Positions 1 through 8,746 of a DNA stretch of 64,000 bases are shown here, piece by piece. The DNA comes from Bacillota bacterium. GTDB lineage: Bacteria; Bacillota; Sulfobacillia; Thermaerobacterales; RSA17. The position numbers were made by a program, and so were the translations under genes. The stretch lies in contig PKRI02000005.1 in the NCBI GenBank assembly GCA_017577485.2, positions 1,005-65,004 of the forward strand, given 5' to 3'. How positions within the stretch are numbered: position 1 is the stretch's first letter; each line of letters starts with the position of its first letter. The notes beneath the pieces were generated by a model. The model was given only the letters and a program-made list of their open reading frames with translations. It was not told the origin of the DNA and ran no database searches.

Positions 1-1829
1 ACCTCCACCAGGCCCAGGTAGGTTTCGGCCGCCGCCACCACGCGGTCGGCGCCGAAGGTCAGCTCCACGCCGCCGCCCAGGGTCATGCCGAAGGGCGCCA
101 CCACCACCGGCCGCGGGTGGAATCGCAGGCGCTGGTTCAGGCCCTGGAACAGGCGCACAACCGCGTCAAGCTCGTCCCACTCGCCCTCTTCGGCCAGGAA
201 GAGGATCTCCATCAGGTTGGCGCCCACGCAGAAGTTGGGGCGCACATGGCTTGAGATCACCAGGCCGCGCCAGTTGCGGGCGCTCTCGTCCAGCGCCACC
301 GATACGGCCTGCAGCATGTCGGCCCCGATGGCCTGCTTGGCCGAGTGGAAGTCCAGGTACAGCACCTCGTCGCCCAGGTCGTAAAGGGTGGCGCCGGCGT
401 TGCGGTAAACCACGCGGTTCTGCCGGGCCAGCCGCGCGGCGTCGATGACCCGCGGGTCTTCCGGGACGGCAATGACCTCGCCGCTGTAGGCGGCCTGGGT
501 CCGGGTCCCGTCGGTCCACCCGTAGAAGGCGCCGTGGGTCTCCGCCACCCGGCGGACCCATTCGGGGACCTGGTCGCCCTCCTGCTCCATGCGGGCCACC
601 GTCTCCCGCAGGCCCAGGGCGTCCCACAGCTCAAATGGACCCTGCTCCCAGCCGAAGCCCCACTTCATGGCCCGGTCGATGCCGGCGATGTCGTCGCTGA
701 TCTCGGGCGCTTTAGCCGCGGTGTAGAGCAGCACCCGCTTGGTCAGGGCCCAGGCGAAGCGCCCCGCGGCGTCGCCCGCGTTCACCAGGCGCCGCATCCG
801 CTCGGCGGGGTCGTCCAGGCCGGACACCGCCTGCAGGGAGACGGCCTGCAGCTTGCGCCGCGGCCGGTATTCCAGCGTGTCCAGGTCCAGCGCCAGGATC
901 TCGGTGCGGCCGTCCACCTTTTCCCGGCGGTAAAAGCCCTGACCGGACTTCTCGCCCAGCCAGCCCCGCTCCAGCATGGCCTCGAAGAAGGCGGGCAGGC
1001 GGAAGGCCTCGCGCTCGGCGGGATCACTGGTGGCTTCCTGCAGGTTGCGGGCCACGTTGGCGAACACGTCCAATCCGACGATGTCCAGGGTGCGGAAGGT
1101 GGCGCTCCTGGGCCGGCCCATGGGCGTGCCGGTGATGGTATCGACCTCGTCGGGGCCGAAACCGAACTCCCGCATCAGGTCCAGGGTGACCATCAGCCCG
1201 TAGCAGCCGATGCGGTTGGCGATGAAGTTGGGCGTGTCGCGGGCGATGACCACGCCCTTGCCCAGCCGGTCCTGGCCGAAGCGCCGGATCCGTTCCACCG
1301 CCTCGGGGTCGGTGTCGGCGGTGGGGATCACCTCCAGCAGCCGCAGGTACCGCGGCGGGTTGAAGAAGTGGGTGCCCAGGAAGCGGCGGCGCAGCGGCTC
1401 CGGCAGCGCCTGGGCGATGGCGGCGATGGAGATGCCCGAGGTGTTGGTGCTGAGCACGGCGTCGGGGCGAACGTGCCGGGCCGCCCGCGACCACAGCGCC
1501 TGCTTGGGCTCCAGCCGTTCCACTACGGCTTCGATGACCCAGTCGGCCTCGGCCAGGCGCGGCAGGTCGTCGTCGAAGTTGCCGGGACGCACCCGGTCGT
1601 AGGCCGACGGGTGCAGGGCGGGGGCCGGGTTCATGGTCCGCAGGCGCTGCAGGGCCTGGGCGGCCAGCCTGCTGCGGTCCCCGGGCTCCGGGGAACCGCC
1701 GCCGCCCGGTGCGGGAGGGACCAGGTCCAGCAGGTCGACGGTGCAGCCGAAACTGGCAAGCAGCACGGCGATCTGGGCGCCCATGGTTCCCGAGCCGAGG
1801 ACGGCGACGCGGCGAATGCGGTCAGGCAC
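1..1829 (-). CDS. fadN: Bifunctional 3-hydroxyacyl-CoA dehydrogenase / enoyl-CoA hydratase (FadN-like); 3' end runs off the left edge
   Basis: Absent from the ORF track because it is edge-truncated. My reverse-strand translation from GTG at 1829 gives VPDRIRRVAVLGSGTMGAQIAVLLA (Rossmann GxGxxG), HFFNPPRYLRLLEVIP and TPNFIANRIG (HADH signatures). Near the left edge it gives GANLMEI...PFGMTLGGGVEL (crotonase fold). RBS GAGGAGG at 1839-1845, 9 nt upstream. Confidence 0.85.
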   Translation of the reverse strand, partial: MPDRIRRVAVLGSGTMGAQIAVLLASFGCTVDLLDLVPPAPGGGGSPEPGDRSRLAAQALQRLRTMNPAPALHPSAYDRVRPGNFDDDLPRLAEADWVIEAVVERLEPKQALWSRAARHVRPDAVLSTNTSGISIAAIAQALPEPLRRRFLGTHFFNPPRYLRLLEVIPTADTDPEAVERIRRFGQDRLGKGVVIARDTPNFIANRIGCYGLMVTLDLMREFGFGPDEVDTITGTPMGRPRSATFRTLDIVGLDVFANVARNLQEATSDPAEREAFRLPAFFEAMLERGWLGEKSGQGFYRREKVDGRTEILALDLDTLEYRPRRKLQAVSLQAVSGLDDPAERMRRLVNAGDAAGRFAWALTKRVLLYTAAKAPEISDDIAGIDRAMKWGFGWEQGPFELWDALGLRETVARMEQEGDQVPEWVRRVAETHGAFYGWTDGTRTQAAYSGEVIAVPEDPRVIDAARLARQNRVVYRNAGATLYDLGDEVLYLDFHSAKQAIGADMLQAVSVALDESARNWRGLVISSHVRPNFCVGANLMEILFLAEEGEWDELDAVVRLFQGLNQRLRFHPRPVVVAPFGMTLGGGVELTFGADRVVAAAETYLGLVE

Positions 1830-1991
1830 GTCGGGGAGCCTCCTCGTGCGCCGAAGCGCAAACCTTCCAACCGTTCGGTAGGTCGAATTCTCGCCGGGCT
1901 CGGGGTTTCCCTTTTCATCTTGAGCGCGGGGCGGGCCTCCGGTCTGCTATGCTGTAAGCGCCGGCTTAAGGCAGGGGTGGGGGACGGGCGG

Positions 1992-3374
1992 TTGTTTGCT
2001 TGGCTCCTGTACGGAGGTTTCTCCCTGGCGGCGACGGCCGTGATGCTGGCGCTGCTGCTGGGCGCCGCCCGCCAGGGCAACCGGCGCGCGCGGCTCGTCA
2101 CCCTCACCATGGTGTGGCTTCTGCCGACGCACCTGCTGCTGGCCGTATCGGCCGTGGTCGCCCTGCTGGGGTGGGAGTGGGTTCACCCCTGGTGGCCTCT
2201 GGCCGACTGGGCGGCCCTGATGTTCATGGCCGGCCTGCTGCGGCTGGCCGTGGACGACTGGCTCGTGGCCGCCGGCCCCGGTGACGATCCGGCGCCGGCG
2301 CGGCGGCTCGCGAAACACCCGTGGGCCATCTACGTGCCGCCCGCGGTCCTGCTGCCCCTTTACCTGACCTGGTCCCTGGCGCCCCAGTCGGCCGTGGGGC
2401 GGCTGTGGTTCGGGCGCGCCGGCCACGACGGTGCGCTCCTGGTGGGGCTGAGCGCCATCTACATCCTGCTGGCCCTGCGGCTCTGGCGCGACGCCGCCCT
2501 GCAGCGCCCGGGCGCCCGCATCTGGCGCCGGGCCCTCCTGGTGGTAGTGGCGATCCACCTGGCCACCGAGGTCCTGGTGCCGCTGCTTCCCGACCGCATC
2601 CTGCCGGGCTGGCTGATCCAGACGGCCGCTGCGCTCCCGCATGCCATCGTGGTCCTGGGCTGTGCCGCCGGCAGCGCCGCGGACGGCCTGATCCGGCCTG
2701 GCCTGGCCGAGGGCATGGTGCGCTGGCTGACCGTGGTGACCGCCGCCGCCGTGGGCGTCGTGGGCGGCGGTGCCGTGGCACCCTTCGTGCCGGCTCCCTG
2801 GGATGCGACGCTGGCCGCCTTGAGCGGCGTGGTCCTCTTCGGGGCGACGGTGCAGGTCCTGCGGGCCTGGCTGGTATCCGCCGGCACCGGCGAGGACGTC
2901 CCGGCGCCGGCGGCGCCGGACGCGCACCCGGGGCTGTTCCTTGACCGGGCGGCGGCCGCCGCCGGGGCCGGTGCCGGGGCGGCATCGGCGCCGACCGGCA
3001 CGGCCAGGCTGCTGCTGGACGACCTGACCCCACGCCAGCGGGACGTGGTCCTGGCCGTCCTGGAGGGACTGAGCAACGCCGAGATCGCGGACCGGCTCTG
3101 CATCGCCGAGGTCACGGTCAAGAAGCACCTGACGGCGGTCTTTCAGAAACTGGGGGTATCCACCCGGGCCCAGTTGATCGCTTTCTGCTCCCGAGACGCG
3201 GCCCTGTGGACCTACCTGGCCGGATCGCCCGCCGGCTCTCCCCCCGGATCGCCCGCCGGCTCGCCGCCGCCCCTGCATCCCGGTGACCCGGCCGGCGGCC
3301 GGCGCCCGGCCGGAACCGGTCACCCCACCCCACCTGTTCACGACCACCTGGGACGGCCCGTGATTTTCGACTAA
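1992..3374 (+). CDS. Polytopic membrane protein with C-terminal LuxR/FixJ-type HTH domain
   Basis: This is the C-terminal two-thirds of track ORF 345..3374; the upstream part is antisense to fadN. It has many hydrophobic helices (LLYGGFSLAATAVMLALLLGAA, MVWLLPTHLLLAVSAVVALLGW, etc.). These are followed by LTPRQRDVVLAVLEGLSNAEIADRLCIAEVTVKKHLTAVFQKLGVSTRAQL (about 3024-3188). The TTG at 1992 with a G-rich RBS upstream is my best guess; ATG 2043 is an alternative. Confidence 0.7.
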   Translation: MFAWLLYGGFSLAATAVMLALLLGAARQGNRRARLVTLTMVWLLPTHLLLAVSAVVALLGWEWVHPWWPLADWAALMFMAGLLRLAVDDWLVAAGPGDDPAPARRLAKHPWAIYVPPAVLLPLYLTWSLAPQSAVGRLWFGRAGHDGALLVGLSAIYILLALRLWRDAALQRPGARIWRRALLVVVAIHLATEVLVPLLPDRILPGWLIQTAAALPHAIVVLGCAAGSAADGLIRPGLAEGMVRWLTVVTAAAVGVVGGGAVAPFVPAPWDATLAALSGVVLFGATVQVLRAWLVSAGTGEDVPAPAAPDAHPGLFLDRAAAAAGAGAGAASAPTGTARLLLDDLTPRQRDVVLAVLEGLSNAEIADRLCIAEVTVKKHLTAVFQKLGVSTRAQLIAFCSRDAALWTYLAGSPAGSPPGSPAGSPPPLHPGDPAGGRRPAGTGHPTPPVHDHLGRPVIFD

Positions 3375-3386
3375 GGTATTTCGTGG

Positions 3387-3427
3387 CGGCAGCCTGCCCG
3401 GCGTCCGGCACCGCTGCCGTGGTTTGT
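3387..3427 (+). terminator. Weak candidate intrinsic terminator after the LuxR-type gene
   Basis: 7-bp stem CGGCAGC (3387-3393) / GCTGCCG (3413-3419) followed by GTGGTTTGT. The loop is long and the T-tract poor. Confidence 0.3.
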
Positions 3428-3506
3428 CGGCAGGAGCCTGCACACCGGGCCGGGAACGCATGATGATTAGGAGCACAGTTGCAGCAACCCTGGGGAGGTT
3501 GAACTC

Positions 3507-4313
3507 TTGGGACTCCATGTGGCCGTGCTGATCAAGCAGGTGCTGGACCCTGAAGTCCCGGCCGCTCGCTTCCAGATCGACGCCTCGGGCAAGCGGCCCG
3601 CCGCGGGCATCGCCGGCGAGGTGCTGGGTCCGTACGAGCGCAACGCCCTGGAGGTGGCCCTGCAGCTGAAGGACGCCGGCGCGGCCGAGAAGGTTTCGGT
3701 GATCACCGCCGACGGGCAGGAGGCGGTGGAGTCGCTGCGCAAGGCGCTGGCCGTCCGGGCCGACCAGGCCGTGCTGGTGGACACCTCCGGTCACGACGAC
3801 CTGGACCCTGCCCAGACCGCCGAGATCCTGGCCCGCGCCGTCGAGAAACTGGGCGGCGTCGACCTGGTGGTGGCCGGCCGCCAGGCGGGCGACTGGGACC
3901 ATGGGCAGGTGGGCTACCTGGTGGCGGAGCGGTTGGGGTGGCCCTGCGTCTCCCTGGTGCAGCGCGCGGAGCTGGACGGCGGCGTGCTGCGGCTGACGCG
4001 GCAGGGCCCCGACGGCCGCGAGGTGGTGGAGGCGCGGCCGCCGCTGGTGGTGACCGTCACCAACGACGAGCGCAACGTGCTGCGGCTGCCGCGGGTCCAG
4101 GACCTGATGGCCTCCCGGCGCCAGCCCATCACCCAATGGTCGCCGGCGGACCTGGGCCTGGACGCCGCCGCCCTGGCGGACCTGGCCGGCGGCGAGGTGC
4201 TGCGGCTGCGGATCCCCGAGCGGGAGAGCCAGTGTGAATTCATCTCCGGCGACGACCCGGCCGAGGTGGCCGCCACGCTGGTCCGCCGGTTGAAAGAGTT
4301 GAAACTGCTGTGA
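3507..4313 (+). CDS. etfB: Electron transfer flavoprotein beta subunit
   Basis: TTG start with RBS GGGGAGG at 3492-3498. The sequence LHVAVLIKQVLDPEV...LVVAGRQAGDWDHGQVGYLVAERLGWPCVS is typical EtfB/FixA. The gene sits directly upstream of etfA. Confidence 0.9.
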   Translation: MGLHVAVLIKQVLDPEVPAARFQIDASGKRPAAGIAGEVLGPYERNALEVALQLKDAGAAEKVSVITADGQEAVESLRKALAVRADQAVLVDTSGHDDLDPAQTAEILARAVEKLGGVDLVVAGRQAGDWDHGQVGYLVAERLGWPCVSLVQRAELDGGVLRLTRQGPDGREVVEARPPLVVTVTNDERNVLRLPRVQDLMASRRQPITQWSPADLGLDAAALADLAGGEVLRLRIPERESQCEFISGDDPAEVAATLVRRLKELKLL

Positions 4314-4338
4314 TCCAGGCGCTGGGGGTGTTCCGTCG

Positions 4339-5298
4339 ATGATCGTCATCGCAGGTCGTGGTGGACAAGAACTCTCCAGGGCCCAGCGGGAACTGGTGAC
4401 GGTCGCCCGGCGCCTGGCCGGCGATCTGGGCAGCCAGGTGGCCTACCTGGCGGTGGGCCCGGAGGCCGAGGCGGCTGCCCGCCGTGCCGGCGCCTTCGGC
4501 ATCGGCCGGGCCGTCGCCATCGAGTTGAACGATGCGAGCGGTGCCGTGGAACCCATCATCGAGAACCTGGCTCAGGGTGCCCGGCGCCTGGGCGCGTCGG
4601 TGGTGCTGCTGGCCGCCGATCACCTGGGCGTGCAGGCCGGGCCGCGCCTGGCGGCGCGCCTGGGCGGGTCGGCCCTCAACGACGCGGTCGACGTCCGGGT
4701 CGAGGACGGGCGCGTGATCTGGACCCGGCCGGTCTTCGGCGGGAAGGCCCTGGCCGACGTGGTTCTGCGGCGTAGCCCGGCGGTGGTGACGGTTCGCTCC
4801 GGCGCCTTCGAGGCTGCCGAGGAGGGCGCGGGCGAAGCGGCCGTCGACGTGCTGGAGGCCGTCGCCGTCGATACCGCCGTCCGGGTCGTGCAGCGGGAGG
4901 AGGGCCGCCAGGAGGGCCCGCGCCTGGAGGAAGCCCGGGTGGTGGTCTCGGGCGGGCGCGGCCTCGGCGGGCCCGAAGGCTTCCAGCGACTGGCCGAGTT
5001 GGCGGAACTGCTGGGGGGTGCCGTCGGCGCCTCCCTGGCGGCGGTGGACGAGGGTTGGGCCCCGCCCGAATGGCAGGTGGGCCAGACCGGCAAGATGGTG
5101 GCGCCCGATGTCTACTTCGCCGTGGGCATCTCCGGCGCCAGCCAGCACCTGGCCGGGATCAGCGGGGCCAAGGCCGTGGTGGCCATCAACAAGAACCCGG
5201 ATGCTCCCATCTTCAAGGTCGCGAGGCTCGGGGTCGTCATGGAGTACGAAAAGCTGCTGCCGGCTCTGATCGAGGCGGTGAAGCGCGAGCTGGCCTGA
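4339..5298 (+). CDS. etfA: Electron transfer flavoprotein alpha subunit
   Basis: The C-terminal FAD-binding signature VVSGGRGLG...[27 protein letters not shown]...[13 protein letters not shown] is canonical EtfA. Confidence 0.9.
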   Translation: MIVIAGRGGQELSRAQRELVTVARRLAGDLGSQVAYLAVGPEAEAAARRAGAFGIGRAVAIELNDASGAVEPIIENLAQGARRLGASVVLLAADHLGVQAGPRLAARLGGSALNDAVDVRVEDGRVIWTRPVFGGKALADVVLRRSPAVVTVRSGAFEAAEEGAGEAAVDVLEAVAVDTAVRVVQREEGRQEGPRLEEARVVVSGGRGLGGPEGFQRLAELAELLGGAVGASLAAVDEGWAPPEWQVGQTGKMVAPDVYFAVGISGASQHLAGISGAKAVVAINKNPDAPIFKVARLGVVMEYEKLLPALIEAVKRELA

Positions 5299-5349
5299 GG
5301 CCCCGCCGGCCTGAGGCCGACACCATGACGACTGGAGGGTCAACGAGCC

Positions 5350-7461
5350 ATGACGTGGACGCTGGCGCAGGCAGCCAGTGAGGCGACCCGGGAAGTCCAG
5401 TGGAACACCGTCCCGGCCATGATCTGGCTGATGTACCTGTCCGCGGCCGCGGCCCTGGCCGTGTGCTGCTACGGCTTCTGGCGGCGGCTGCGGATCTGGC
5501 GCCTGGGCAAGCCGGAGATCCGCTGGGACCAGCCCTGGCGCCGGCTCAAACTGGTGTTCCGCGCGGCGCTGCTGCAGGCCAACCTCTTCCGGGACCGCAT
5601 CGCCGGCTTCATGCACATCAGCATGTACTTCTCGTTCATGCTGCTGCTGGTGGGGACCATGGTGGTGGCCATCCACCACGACCTGGGCATCCCCATCATG
5701 CGGGGCTACTTCTATCTGTACTTCCAGAGCCTGGTCCTGGACCTGGCCGGCGTGTGGTTCTGCGTGGGCTTGATCATCGCCCTCTGGCGCCGCTACGTGA
5801 TCCGGGTGCCCCGCCTGGAGCACGGCAATCCCGTGGACGGGCTGATCCTGGCGGCGTTCTTCGTGATCGTCGCCAGCGGTTATCCCGTCGAGGGGATTCG
5901 CCTGGTGGTCACCGGCGACATCTGGGCGCTCTGGTCGCCTTTTGGCTACCTGACGGGCCTGGCCCTGGCGTCCATCTGGGACGAGCCGACGCTGCTGGTG
6001 ATCCACCGGGTGATGTGGGTGGCCCACATGCTGTCCTGGCACGTGCTGCTGGCGGCCGTCCCCTTCACCAAGCTGGCCCACCTGGTCACCAGCCCCCTGA
6101 ACATCTTCTTCGCCAACCTGGAGGCGCGCAGCATCCCCGACCCGGTGAACTTCGAGGACGAGCAGGCCGTGGCCGTCCTGGGGATCCGCACGCCCTTCGA
6201 GATGACCTGGAAGCAGTTGATGGACCTGGACGCCTGTACCGAGTGCGGGTTGTGCCAGTCCCAGTGCCCGGCCTATGCCGAGGGCAAGCCGCTGTCGCCC
6301 AAGCGGGTGATCCTGGACCTGCGCGACCACATCCGGGCCAACGCCGACCGCTACCTGGCGGCGGGCCGGGCCCGGGCCGCCGGCCAGCAGGACGTGTTCG
6401 AGCAGATCATGGCCGAGATGCCGCCCCTGGCGCCCGACGTCATCAAGGCCGAGACCCTCTGGGCCTGCACCACCTGCCGGGCCTGCGAGAACATCTGCCC
6501 GGTGGAGATCGAGCATGTGCCGCTCATCCTGCAACTGCGGCAGAACCTGGCCATGGAACAGGCCCAGATGCCCGAGGGCGTGGCCGAGGCCGTGCAGGGC
6601 CTGGAGGTGCGGCAGCACCCCATCCGCGGCGCCACCACGGGCCGCACCGACTGGTACCGGGACCTGCCGGTGCGGGTGATGGCCGAGGTGGAGGATCCCG
6701 AGGAGATCGAAATCCTCTACTGGGTGGGCTGCGCCGCCGCCTACGACGAGCGGCTGCAGCGCATCGCCCGGGCGCTGGTGCGGGTCATGAACCGGGCCGG
6801 CGTCAGGTTCGCGGTGCTGGGCGACGAGGAGCAGTGCACCGGCGACGTGGCGCGGCGCACCGGCAACGAGTTCCACTACGACATGCTGGCGCGCGCCAAC
6901 ATCGAGACCCTGCAGCGGTACAAGGTGAAGCGCATCGTCGCCCACTGCCCCCACTGCCTGCAGACCCTGGGCAGCGACTACCGGCAGCTTGGCGGCTTCT
7001 TCGAGGTGGTCCACCACACCCAGTTCGTGCAGGAGTTGATCGACAGCGGGCGGCTCCAGTTGCCGGCGTCCCTTAAGGAAAAGATCACCTACCACGACCC
7101 CTGCTACCTGGGCCGCTACAACGGCGTGTTCGACGAACCCCGCGCCGTCCTGGACCGCCTGGGCGTCGAACGGGTGGAGATGACGCGTGCGGGCCGGCGC
7201 TCCTTCTGCTGCGGCGCCGGCGGCGGCCACGCCTTCTTCGAGGACCACGCCGGCGGCAAGATCAACCGCAACCGGGTCGAGGAAGCCGTGGCCACCGGCG
7301 CCGGTACCATCTGCACCGCCTGTCCCTTCTGCCTGCAGATGATGGAGGACGGGCTGCGCAGCGTCGGCGCCGCCGAGCAGGTGGCGGTCAAGGACTTCGT
7401 GGAGCTGGTGGACGAGGCGCTGGCCGCGGCGGAAGCCCAGCAGGAACCTGCGGCCCTGTGA
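5350..7461 (+). CDS. Membrane-anchored Fe-S oxidoreductase: NarI/DsrM-like heme-b TM domain fused to an HdrD/DsrK-like module (two 4Fe-4S motifs plus two CCG domains); candidate ETF:menaquinone oxidoreductase
   Basis: The N-terminus has about 5-6 TM helices with conserved His (FMHISMYFSF, AIHHDLG, VAHMLSWHVLL). Ferredoxin motifs are CTECGLCQSQCP (from 6235) and CTTCRACENICP. CCG-type Cys motifs are VGCAAAY, CPHC, HDPCYLGR, FCCGAGGG and CPFC. Confidence 0.85.
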   Translation: MTWTLAQAASEATREVQWNTVPAMIWLMYLSAAAALAVCCYGFWRRLRIWRLGKPEIRWDQPWRRLKLVFRAALLQANLFRDRIAGFMHISMYFSFMLLLVGTMVVAIHHDLGIPIMRGYFYLYFQSLVLDLAGVWFCVGLIIALWRRYVIRVPRLEHGNPVDGLILAAFFVIVASGYPVEGIRLVVTGDIWALWSPFGYLTGLALASIWDEPTLLVIHRVMWVAHMLSWHVLLAAVPFTKLAHLVTSPLNIFFANLEARSIPDPVNFEDEQAVAVLGIRTPFEMTWKQLMDLDACTECGLCQSQCPAYAEGKPLSPKRVILDLRDHIRANADRYLAAGRARAAGQQDVFEQIMAEMPPLAPDVIKAETLWACTTCRACENICPVEIEHVPLILQLRQNLAMEQAQMPEGVAEAVQGLEVRQHPIRGATTGRTDWYRDLPVRVMAEVEDPEEIEILYWVGCAAAYDERLQRIARALVRVMNRAGVRFAVLGDEEQCTGDVARRTGNEFHYDMLARANIETLQRYKVKRIVAHCPHCLQTLGSDYRQLGGFFEVVHHTQFVQELIDSGRLQLPASLKEKITYHDPCYLGRYNGVFDEPRAVLDRLGVERVEMTRAGRRSFCCGAGGGHAFFEDHAGGKINRNRVEEAVATGAGTICTACPFCLQMMEDGLRSVGAAEQVAVKDFVELVDEALAAAEAQQEPAAL

Positions 7462-7485
7462 ACGGGTGAGCCGGCGGCCCTGCCG

Positions 7486-8586
7486 TCAGCCGAAGGAGAG
7501 GCGCCGGCGCACCTGCTGCCGGCGCCCGTCCGCGGCGGCGCCGCCGGCCACCGCGGACACCCCGTTGAACGGCAGGTGCACCACCTGCCTCGGGGACGGT
7601 AGCGGGTCGCGGGCGGTGTAGATGCGCCCCTGGCGGAACAGGTTGTCGAACACGGGCACCAGGGCCGGGTCGAAGTGGCTGCCGGACTGCTCCCGCAGGT
7701 AGGCCAGCGCCCGTTCGGGATCCCAGGCCTGGCGGTACGGCCGGTCGCAGGTCAGAGCTTCGAAGACGTCGACCACGGCCAGGATCCTGGCGATCAGGGG
7801 GATGGCCGGGCCGGCCAGGCCGTCGGGGTAGCCGGTGCCGTCCCAGCGCTCGTGATGGTGGCGCACGCCCAGGGCGATCTGCCGGTAGTCCTCGGCCACC
7901 GACGCCAGCAGTTCGGCGCCCACGATGGTGTGCCGCCGCACCAGGGCCATCTCGTCCTCGGTCAGGGGACCGGGCTTGAGCAGGATGTTTTCGGGGATGG
8001 CGATCTTCCCCAGGTCGTGGAGCAGCCCGGCCCAGTACAGGTCGCGCAGTTCATGGGGGTCGAGGCCCAGCGCCTCGCCCATGGTGTAGGCGTTCAGGGC
8101 CACCCGCTCGCAGTGGCCGCCGGTGCCCTCGTCCCGGAGGGCCACCGAGCGGGCGAAGGCTTCCAGGGTGTGCGCATGGACGTGGTGGAGGCTGCGGGCC
8201 AGGGAATCCACGGCGTCCAGCCGCGAGCGCAGCAGGGTGCGCAGGCCGCCGGTCAGGCCCCCAACCAGGGCGAAGAAGAAGGTGCGGTAGACCCAGCCCA
8301 CGGTGGTCTGCGGCGTTCCGGAGGCGACGTCGAGGGGCATCCAGGGGCCGACGGCCAGGCCGGCGGCGATGCCGGCCAGGATCCCGCCGGGGAGACCGGC
8401 GGCAAAGGCGGCCAGGATCACGGGAATGTAAAGCACGTGCAGGTACGGGTAGCGCGTGCCGCCGGTCGCGTAGACGAACCACGTGGCCGCGGCCAGGAGC
8501 ACCGCCACCAGCAGCAGCTCAACCCGGCCGCGCCAGCGACCCTGCTTCTGGTCTCCCACCAGGCTGAGGATCATGCCCCGCCGCAA
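7486..8586 (-). CDS. Membrane-associated HD-GYP domain protein (probable c-di-GMP phosphodiesterase)
   Basis: TTG start at 8586 with RBS GGAGGTG 7 nt upstream. N-terminal TM helices are followed by HCERVA...AGLLHDLGKIAIP...HHERWDGTGYPDGL (HD and GYP motifs). Confidence 0.85.
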   Translation of the reverse strand: MRRGMILSLVGDQKQGRWRGRVELLLVAVLLAAATWFVYATGGTRYPYLHVLYIPVILAAFAAGLPGGILAGIAAGLAVGPWMPLDVASGTPQTTVGWVYRTFFFALVGGLTGGLRTLLRSRLDAVDSLARSLHHVHAHTLEAFARSVALRDEGTGGHCERVALNAYTMGEALGLDPHELRDLYWAGLLHDLGKIAIPENILLKPGPLTEDEMALVRRHTIVGAELLASVAEDYRQIALGVRHHHERWDGTGYPDGLAGPAIPLIARILAVVDVFEALTCDRPYRQAWDPERALAYLREQSGSHFDPALVPVFDNLFRQGRIYTARDPLPSPRQVVHLPFNGVSAVAGGAAADGRRQQVRRRLSFG

Positions 8587-8746
8587 TGGGGTCCACCTCC
8601 TGTCTTTGTCGTCGGTCGGCCGGGGGAATACGATTAGCGATTTCTGGTTGCGAGGGCGAAAATCCTTACGTTAGTATCGTTCCGGCTCTACTTAAGCCGG
8701 GAAGGCCCGGTGGTGCCGGGGCGGTCCGGCGGGGAGGTACAGCGAC

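Noticed and set aside
345-1990. The N-terminal two-thirds of the 1009-aa track ORF 345..3374, and the other ORFs listed between 85 and 1960.
   Set aside because: This stretch is antisense or out of frame to the clearly real fadN-like gene on the minus strand. The composition is junk-like (Gly/Pro/Arg/His/Gln-rich) with no motifs. Only the part from about 1992 onward (TM helices plus LuxR HTH) looks genuine.
1947-7248. Very long minus-strand ORFs 1947..4349 (800 aa) and 4240..7248 (1002 aa).
   Set aside because: These are shadow ORFs opposite the LuxR-type, etfB, etfA and Fe-S oxidoreductase genes. They are extremely Arg/Pro/Gly/His-rich with no recognisable domains. Such ORFs are typical of stop-codon-poor antisense frames in high-GC DNA.
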